Shown here piece by piece: positions 57,236-64,000 of a stretch of 64,000 nucleotides of DNA. The stretch's first letter is position 1; every line of letters starts with the position of its first letter. The DNA lies in assembly GCA_963734355.1 (NCBI GenBank), contig CAVTHU010000044.1, positions 86,273 to 150,272 of the forward strand. Direction: 5' to 3'. Origin of the DNA: an uncultured Actinomycetota bacterium. Its GTDB lineage: Bacteria > Actinomycetota > Actinomycetes > Propionibacteriales > Nocardioidaceae. The notes beneath the pieces are model-generated. The model was not told the origin of the DNA. It made no database searches and saw nothing but the letters and a program-made list of their open reading frames with translations. The translations under genes were made by a program, and so were the position numbers.

Positions 57236-57778
57236 GTGACCGCCGACCTGACCCTGGCCGCCGATGTCGACCAAGCGTGCCGGCTCACCGGCACCTTCAC
57301 GCTCCGGTCGGGGCAGGTGTCGCACGAGTACTTCGACAAGTACCTCTTCGAGACCTCGCCGGCGCTGCTGGCGCGGGTGGCGGAGGCGATGGTCGGGCTG
57401 GTCCCCGACGACACCGAGCTGCTCGGCGGCCTCGAGATGGGCGGGATCCCGATCGCGACGGTGCTGAGCAGCCGGACCGGGCTGCCGGCGCTGTTCGTGC
57501 GCAAGAAGGCCAAGGAGTACGGCACCTGCAAGCTCGCCGAGGGGCCGGACGTGGCCGGGCGGCGGGTCACCCTGGTCGAGGACGTCGTCACGACCGGCGG
57601 GGCGGTGCGGGACGCGACGAACGCGCTCCGCGACGCCGGAGCGACCGTGGAGGTCGTGCTCTGCGCCATCGACCGCAGCCCGGAGGGCGAGAACCCGCTC
57701 GCCGACGTCGGGCTCGAGCTGCGCCCGGTGCTCACCAAGGCCGACCTGGACGCGGCCCGGGAGTCAGCCGGCGGCTGA
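57236..57778 (+). CDS. pyrE: Orotate phosphoribosyltransferase
   Basis: GTFTLRSG..YFDK, VRKKAKEYG, PRPP motif LVEDVVTTGGA. Confidence 0.93.
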   Translation: MTADLTLAADVDQACRLTGTFTLRSGQVSHEYFDKYLFETSPALLARVAEAMVGLVPDDTELLGGLEMGGIPIATVLSSRTGLPALFVRKKAKEYGTCKLAEGPDVAGRRVTLVEDVVTTGGAVRDATNALRDAGATVEVVLCAIDRSPEGENPLADVGLELRPVLTKADLDAARESAGG

Positions 57779-58499
57779 GCCCTCGGCGGCGGACTCGGTG
57801 TCGTCCGACGGGTCCTCGTCGTCCTGGTGGCGGCGATGGCGGACGTACTCGATGACGACCGGGATCGCGGACAGCAGGAGGATGGCCAGGATGGCGAAGT
57901 CGATGTTCTCGCGCAGCCACGGCACCCGGCGCCCGAGGTTGTAGCCGAGCAGGGTGATGCTGAACACCCACAGGACCGCGCCCACGAAGCTCCAGACCAG
58001 GAAGCGCCGCCGATCCATCCGGGTCACGCCCGCGACGACCGTGATGTAGGTCCGGACGAACGGCACGAACCGGCCGATGACCAGGGCCTTGTTGCCGTGC
58101 TTGTCGAAGAAGGCCTGGGTGTTGTCGAAGTACTTCTTCTTCAGGATCCGGCCGTCCCGGCGATACAGGGGTGGCCCGATCGGCCCGGCCTATCTCGTAG
58201 CCGACCACGTTGCCGAGCACCGCTGCCACCGTGAGCAGGACCAGCGTGATCGCCAGCTCGAGGAGCCGGGGTCCGGGGAAGTTGTCGATGCCGTGCGAGG
58301 GCGTCGCGATGAAGATGCCCAGGGAGAGCAGCAGGGTGTCACCGGGCAGGAACGGGAAGAACAACCCGCACTCGACGAAGACCATCGCCAGGCTGATCCA
58401 GAGGAACGCGGCGCCGAACCTGTCGAGCAGGTAGGACGGGTCGGTCCACTCGATCCCGAGGATGAGCGCATGCAGGTGATCGGGCGCCAGCATGCTCAC
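57764..58499 (-). CDS. DedA-family membrane protein, frameshifted near 58185
   Basis: FVECGLFFPFLPGDTLL, GNVVGYEIG, GRFVPFVRT. Confidence 0.88.
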
Positions 58500-58575
58500 C
58501 CCGAAACCGTACCCGCCGGTGCGGTACGCCAGCCGACGGTTCCGTGTACCTCCACCGCCTGTCTACTGTCGCGAC

Positions 58576-59256
58576 GTGGAGGAGGACGAGCGGGCGCCGT
58601 ACGACCCGATGCCGCACGGGCCGGCCGAGGTCGGGCTCGGCCCGTGGGAGGGTCCGTGGCCCGAGGGCGAGCAGTACGACGCCACGCTGCTCGCCGAGGG
58701 CGACCGACGCAACGTCGTGGACCGGTACCGCTACTGGACGATGGCCGCGATCGTCGCCGATCTGGACGCCCGCCGCCACGACTTCCACGTCGCGATCGAG
58801 AACTGGCAGCACGACTTCAACATCGGCACGATCGTCCGCTCCGCCAACGCGTTCCTCGCCCGCGAGGTGCACATCGTCGGCAACCGGCGCTGGAACCGGC
58901 GGGGTGCGATGGTCACCGACCGCTATCAGCACGTCGTCCACCACGAGGACGTGCCGGCTCTCGCGGCGCACCTCCGCGACCAGCCGGGCGGGCCGGTCGC
59001 CCTGTGGGGCATCGACAACCTGCCCGGCTCGCTGCACCTCGAGACGACCGAGGTGCCGCGCCGGGTGTGCTTCCTGTTCGGGCAGGAGGGCCCCGGCCTG
59101 TCGGCGCCGGCCCGCGAAGCGTGCGACGCGACGTTCTCGATCGCGCAGTTCGGGTCGACGCGGTCCATCAACGCCTCCGCCGCGGCCGCGATCGCCATGC
59201 ACGCGTGGGTGCGCGCCCACGCGGACCTGTCCGGCGACGACGCCTGGCGCGGGTGA
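58576..59256 (+). CDS. TrmH/SpoU-family RNA methyltransferase
   Basis: ENWQHDFNIGTIVRSANAF, FGQEGPGLS, FGSTRSINAS. Confidence 0.92.
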   Translation: MEEDERAPYDPMPHGPAEVGLGPWEGPWPEGEQYDATLLAEGDRRNVVDRYRYWTMAAIVADLDARRHDFHVAIENWQHDFNIGTIVRSANAFLAREVHIVGNRRWNRRGAMVTDRYQHVVHHEDVPALAAHLRDQPGGPVALWGIDNLPGSLHLETTEVPRRVCFLFGQEGPGLSAPAREACDATFSIAQFGSTRSINASAAAAIAMHAWVRAHADLSGDDAWRG

Positions 59257-59284
59257 CGGCCGGCAGGCGCAATAGGCTGACGTC

Positions 59285-60316
59285 ATGCCGATCGCCACCC
59301 ATGAGAAGTACGCCGAGATGCTCGACGCGGCCCAGAAGGGCAACTACGCCTACCCGGCCATCAACGTGTCGTCCTCGCAGACCCTCAACGCCGCGCTCCA
59401 GGGGTTCGCGGACGCCGGCTCCGACGGGATCGTCCAGGTCTCCACCGGCGGCGCGGAGTACCTGTCCGGGCCCAACGTGAAGAACATGGTGTCCGGCTCG
59501 GTCGCGTTCGCGGCGTACGCCCACGAGGTGGCCAAGAGCTACTCGGTCAACATCGCGCTGCACACCGACCACTGCCCCAAGGACAAGCTCGACGGCTTCG
59601 TCCGGCCGCTGCTCGACCTCTCCGTGGAGCGGGTGGCGCGCGGCGAGCAGCCGCTGTTCCAGTCGCACATGTGGGACGGCTCGGCGGTCCCGCTCGACGA
59701 GAACCTCCAGATCGCCGAGGAGCTGCTCGCGACCTGCCGCAAGGCCAACATCGTCCTGGAGATCGAGGTCGGTGTGGTCGGCGGTGAGGAGGACGGCGTC
59801 GAGGGTGCGATCGACGACAAGCTCTACAGCACGCCCGAGGATGCCATCGCCACCGTCAAGGCGCTCGGCACCGGCGAGAACGGCCGCTACCTCACCGCGC
59901 TCACCTTCGGCAACGTGCACGGCGTCTACAAGCCGGGCAACGTCAAGCTGCGCCCGGAGATCCTCAAGAACGCCCAGGAGGCGGTGATCAAGGAGCTCGG
60001 CCTGCCCGAGGGCTCCCGGCCCTTCGACCTGGTCTTCCACGGTGGCTCCGGGTCGACGCCGGAGGAGATCAGCGCGGCGGTCGACTTCGGGGTGGTCAAG
60101 ATGAACGTCGACACCGACACCCAGTACGCCTTCACCCGGCCGGTCGCCGCGCACATGTTCAGCAACTACGACGGCGTGCTCAAGGTCGACGGCGAGGTCG
60201 GCAACAAGAAGTCCTACGACCCTCGGGCGTGGGGCAAGGCGGCCGAGGGCGGCATGGCGGCACGGGTCGTCGAGGCCTGCCAGAACCTGCGGGCGGCGGG
60301 CCACTCGATCGGCTGA
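59285..60316 (+). CDS. fbaA: Class II fructose-bisphosphate aldolase
   Basis: ALHTDHC, SHMWDGS, VGGEEDG, FGNVHGVY, VFHGGSG, KMNVDTD. Confidence 0.97.
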   Translation: MPIATHEKYAEMLDAAQKGNYAYPAINVSSSQTLNAALQGFADAGSDGIVQVSTGGAEYLSGPNVKNMVSGSVAFAAYAHEVAKSYSVNIALHTDHCPKDKLDGFVRPLLDLSVERVARGEQPLFQSHMWDGSAVPLDENLQIAEELLATCRKANIVLEIEVGVVGGEEDGVEGAIDDKLYSTPEDAIATVKALGTGENGRYLTALTFGNVHGVYKPGNVKLRPEILKNAQEAVIKELGLPEGSRPFDLVFHGGSGSTPEEISAAVDFGVVKMNVDTDTQYAFTRPVAAHMFSNYDGVLKVDGEVGNKKSYDPRAWGKAAEGGMAARVVEACQNLRAAGHSIG

Positions 60317-60349
60317 GCCCCGGCTTCGTCAGATACCCCTCGGGGTGTC

Positions 60350-62248
60350 ATGATTCGCGGCGTGATTCCGCCGTCGCATCGACCTGTTTCGACGAATTCG
60401 GCGGTTCTCCTGCGGAGACCCCCCATGGGATGTAAGCATCGGTTCGTGGCGACCCCATGCCGCCACACCTTCTCGGGGGCCGTTGTCGCATGCCTGGTGG
60501 CTGCGTCGGCGGTAATCGGGGGGGTGCCTGCGGCGACAGCAGTTTTTGCGACGAGTTCGAACCTCGTCGCCGCTGACTCCTGCCCGATTACCTGGCCCGC
60601 GCTGAACGCCGGCCCGCCGTCGGGGGCCTTCGACGGCAACGTCTCGGTCCTGGTCGGTGGCAGCCTGCACGTCGGCGGGTCCGCGGCGGGTGCCGAGGGG
60701 ACGGTCGTCACGCTCGGCGACGCTGTCTTCGCGCGCGACGTGCCCGGGCGCTACGCGGTCGGCGTCACCGCGCTCGGTTCGCAGGTCTCGCCGCATGCCG
60801 GCAGCGACATGCTCGCGGTCGGCGGGAACCTCAACACCGCGCCCGGCACCCACGTCGACGTGGGCCAGGGGCTGGGCGGTGACGTCGTGGTCGGTGGCTC
60901 GATGCCTGTGGGCAGCGACCTGGATGCCCACGGTGGCCGGGTCGACCAGGCCATCACGGGCGCTACCGCGCCGTACCTCGACCTCGTGGGCCAGCTCGCC
61001 GCCAAGTCCAACGCGTACTCCGTCCTCCCGGCCACCGGGCAGGTCGAGATGAACGACGACGCGATCACCCTGACGGGTGACGGGCAGTCCAGCCTGCAGG
61101 TCTTCACTGTCGACGGCGCCGCCCTGGGTGCGGGGAACCACGAGCTGGGACGCTCGCTGCAGCTGCTCAACGTGCCGCAGGACGCGACCGTGGTCGTGAA
61201 CCTCACCGGCCCCGCTGTGGACCTCAACATCGGCTCGGTGCTCTCGCCGGAGGGGCTCGAGGTCGACCCGCTGACCGACCCCTACTTCACCAGCCTGGCC
61301 ACCCACCTGCTCTGGAACGCCCCGTCTGCCAACACGGTTGCCGTCGGCGGTGCGGCCCAGCTGCCCGGCTCACTGCTGGTCCCGACCGCGCCGAGCACCA
61401 CGACCCTGTCGGGCGCCGGCACCAACGGCCGCATCCTGGTCTCGGGCGACCTGGTGCACACGGGCGCGGGCGAGCTGCACGCCTACCCGTTCCTCCCCGA
61501 CCCGCAGCTCGGCTGCGCTGCGGACCCGGTGCACCTCACCACGCTGACCCTCGACGTCGAGCTGGTGGACCCCGACAAGGTCGTCGAACCGGACCGGTTC
61601 TTCCAGGGCGATTTCGAGTGCGCCCTGGGCGACCAGGACGTCACTCCGTCCGACAACAGCTGGCGGCTGCGCGCCGGAGCGGACGCCCGGGTGCTCTCCG
61701 ACCAGATCCCGGCCGGTGCCGTGTGCCGGGTCAGCCAGCGACTGGACGCGCCGCCCGCGCCGTTCCGCTCCTGGGCCAACACCACTGTCCAGCCCGACGT
61801 CGTGGTCGTGGCGAAGCGTCAGGTCCTCGGCTTCACGATCACCAACCGGGTGAAGGACCTCCCCCCGACGCCGCCCACGCAGCCCTCCACGCCCACCCCC
61901 ACCCCGACGTCCACGCCCACACCGACGGAGTCGGTCCCGGAGCCACCCGCGCCGCCCACCCCTGAGTCGTCTCCGACCCCGTCGTCGATCGTCGAGCCCA
62001 CCAACCGCCCGGAGCTGCCCAGCTCGCCGTCGGAGCTGCCCAGTGCCGCCCCGACGACCGCACCTTCGGCGACCGCCGACACGGAGGCGCCGAGTGCGGA
62101 CCCGCCGCGTGACAGTGATGCGTCCGGCCCCATGACCGTGACCGCGCCGTTCACGCTCCGCGGCGCCTTCGTGTGGGGACCGCTGCTGCTGCTCAGCCTG
62201 CTGACGCTGGTGGTGCGGATCCGGCGTCGGCCGAAGCGGCTGCACTAG
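60350..62248 (+). CDS. Choice-of-anchor A-like surface protein (start uncertain)
   Basis: Signal-like helix, AEG.VV..G, ATVVVN..G, LLWN, GSLLVP, NGRILV.GD..GELHAYPF, Pro/Thr stalk, C-terminal TM and basic tail. Confidence 0.7.
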   Translation: MIRGVIPPSHRPVSTNSAVLLRRPPMGCKHRFVATPCRHTFSGAVVACLVAASAVIGGVPAATAVFATSSNLVAADSCPITWPALNAGPPSGAFDGNVSVLVGGSLHVGGSAAGAEGTVVTLGDAVFARDVPGRYAVGVTALGSQVSPHAGSDMLAVGGNLNTAPGTHVDVGQGLGGDVVVGGSMPVGSDLDAHGGRVDQAITGATAPYLDLVGQLAAKSNAYSVLPATGQVEMNDDAITLTGDGQSSLQVFTVDGAALGAGNHELGRSLQLLNVPQDATVVVNLTGPAVDLNIGSVLSPEGLEVDPLTDPYFTSLATHLLWNAPSANTVAVGGAAQLPGSLLVPTAPSTTTLSGAGTNGRILVSGDLVHTGAGELHAYPFLPDPQLGCAADPVHLTTLTLDVELVDPDKVVEPDRFFQGDFECALGDQDVTPSDNSWRLRAGADARVLSDQIPAGAVCRVSQRLDAPPAPFRSWANTTVQPDVVVVAKRQVLGFTITNRVKDLPPTPPTQPSTPTPTPTSTPTPTESVPEPPAPPTPESSPTPSSIVEPTNRPELPSSPSELPSAAPTTAPSATADTEAPSADPPRDSDASGPMTVTAPFTLRGAFVWGPLLLLSLLTLVVRIRRRPKRLH

Positions 62249-63725
62249 CCGCAGCACCTGGCGCACCGGCGTACCCCTCGTGGCGCGGCCGCTCGAAGAG
62301 CAGCGACGCGACCAGGCCCAGCACCAGCACCGCCGCCGGGAGCAGGATCGAGGTCGCCATCGCCTGGCTGAAGCCGTCGGTGAACGCCTCCGGCAGCTTG
62401 CCGCCGGTCGAGCCCGTGCCCTCGAACGCCGGCAGCCCCTCGGCCGCAAGCCGGGCGTCGATCAGCACCGCGATGGCGGCCGAGCCGAGCACGGCGCCCA
62501 CCTGACGGGTGGCGTTGTAGACGCCGGCACCGGCGCCGGCCTGCTGGATCGGGAGGTTCCGGGTCGCGGTCGCCGAGTTCGGAGCCCAGATGAACGCGTT
62601 GCCGATGCCGAGCAACACCATCGGCCCGATCAGCGCCGGGATGGACACGCCGGGCGTCATCTCGTAGGACAGCCACACCAGCGAGACGATCGTGGCCGCG
62701 AACCCGAACGCGGTGATCATCCGGGGATGGACGCGGTCGGTGAGGTTGCCGACCGGACGGGCCAGGACGATCGTCATGATCGCCATCGGGACCAGCAGCA
62801 GTGCCGACCTGGTCGGGCTCAGCCCGCGGACGACCTGGGCCCACAGCAGGAGCGGGATCGCCAGCGCGGTGATCGCGAAGCCCATCACCGAGATGTTGAC
62901 GTTGGCCAGGGAGAAGTTGCGGTCGCGGAACAGGCCTAGCGGGACCAGCGGCTCCTGCCTGTTGCGCGCCTGCCACAGGACGAACAGGACGAGGAGCCCG
63001 ATTCCGACGACGATCATCGCCCAGATGGTGGTGGACCAGTGGTACTGGTGGCCCTCCTGGATCCCGAAGACCAGCAGGAACATGCCGGCACCGCTGAGCG
63101 CGACCCCGAGCCAGTCGAACGAGTGGGTGTGGGTCTCGAGCGTGGGCACCAGGCGGGCGGCGAGGAACAGCCCGAAGATGCCGACCGGGACGTTGATGAA
63201 GAAGATCCACTCCCAGCCGAGCGCGTCGACCAGCACGCCGCCCAGGATCGGGCCGACCAGTGTGGCGACACCGGCGGTCGCCCCCCACAGCGCCATCGCC
63301 TTGCCCCGGCGGGCGGCCGGGAAGATGCGGGTGATGATCGCCATCGTCTGCGGCGTGATCATCGAGGCGCCCAGCCCCTGGACCACCCGGGCCACGATCA
63401 GCAGCTCGACCGTGTTGGTCAGCCCGCACCACAGGGACGCGAGCGTGAAGACCGTCAGCCCGCTCATGTAGAGCTTCTTGGGGCCGTAGCGGTCACCCAG
63501 CCGACCGGTGATCAGCACCGGCACGGCGTAGGCGAGCAGGTAGGCGCTGGTCACCCAGACCACGGCGTTCACGTCAGCGTGGAGGTCGGTGATGATCGCC
63601 GGGGTCGCGACCGAGACGATCGTCGAGTCGACCAGGATCATGAAGAAGCCGAGACAGAGGGCGAACAGCGCCGGCCACGGGTCCTTCTCCTCGACGGCTG
63701 GTGCAGCGGGGGAAGGCTGGGTCAT
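62193..63725 (-). CDS. DHA2-family (EmrB/QacA) MFS efflux pump
   Basis: DSTIVSVA, WVTSAYLL, GRLGDRYG, WEWIFFINVPVG, about 14 TM helices. Confidence 0.92.
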   Translation of the reverse strand: MTQPSPAAPAVEEKDPWPALFALCLGFFMILVDSTIVSVATPAIITDLHADVNAVVWVTSAYLLAYAVPVLITGRLGDRYGPKKLYMSGLTVFTLASLWCGLTNTVELLIVARVVQGLGASMITPQTMAIITRIFPAARRGKAMALWGATAGVATLVGPILGGVLVDALGWEWIFFINVPVGIFGLFLAARLVPTLETHTHSFDWLGVALSGAGMFLLVFGIQEGHQYHWSTTIWAMIVVGIGLLVLFVLWQARNRQEPLVPLGLFRDRNFSLANVNISVMGFAITALAIPLLLWAQVVRGLSPTRSALLLVPMAIMTIVLARPVGNLTDRVHPRMITAFGFAATIVSLVWLSYEMTPGVSIPALIGPMVLLGIGNAFIWAPNSATATRNLPIQQAGAGAGVYNATRQVGAVLGSAAIAVLIDARLAAEGLPAFEGTGSTGGKLPEAFTDGFSQAMATSILLPAAVLVLGLVASLLFERPRHEGYAGAPGAAASAAASADAGSAPPASAG

Positions 63726-63762
63726 GACCTAAGCCAACACCCGGCCGAGGACAATGCATTCC

Positions 63763-64000
63763 GTGACCCACCAGGACCTGATGGCCGGCCCCCCGCCCAC
63801 CCACCTGCCGCGCGACCCCGCACAGGACGACCTGGACGCCGGGATGGCCCCCGGCGACGCCGTACGCCGGCACCCGGCCTCGCCCGCGGCCTGGGCCGCC
63901 CTGGCCGCGGCCGAGATCGCTGCGGAGGGCGACTCGGTCACCGTCTACGCCTACGCCCGGGTCGGCTACCACCGCTCGCTGGACCTGCTGCGCCGCAACG
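63763..64000 (+). CDS. DUF3151-family protein (partial)
   Basis: My translation VTHQDLMAGPPPTHLP...HPAS..AWAALA...YAYARVGYHRSLDLLRRN; typical position downstream of fbaA. Confidence 0.8.
   Translation, partial: MTHQDLMAGPPPTHLPRDPAQDDLDAGMAPGDAVRRHPASPAAWAALAAAEIAAEGDSVTVYAYARVGYHRSLDLLRRN

Overview
High-GC actinobacterial chromosome segment, probably Nocardioides-like (inferred from gene order, F420 enzymes, KstR/HAIR boxes and repeat style). In order it holds: a partial hut cluster (amidohydrolase-hutF-hutI); a small ORF plus a large ATPase-LuxR regulator; a three-gene unit of a 66-aa Asp/Gly/Thr repeat peptide, a ROX/YcfD-type JmjC oxygenase (probable CTG start overlapping the peptide stop) and a sucrase/ferredoxin-like protein; a type III PKS/prenyl-hydroquinone cluster; an FMO-TetR-hydrolase-P450 block; an RsrR-like Rrf2/NmrA pair; a KstR-boxed steroid-regulon island; dnaK-grpE-dnaJ-hspR-clpB with a HAIR operator; and pyrE-dedA-trmH-fbaA. 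The repeat-peptide unit is the best candidate for an undescribed, RiPP-like system; the ORF track hides it by fusing the peptide to LuxR through a 1-nt frameshift. Several short palindromic elements sit in frame inside genes, and one family occupies ATGA gene junctions. More than 15 genes, including grpE and clpB, carry 1-nt frameshifts, most likely sequencing or assembly errors. No rRNA, tRNA, CRISPR array or transposase was seen. All calls come from reading motifs; no database searches were run.
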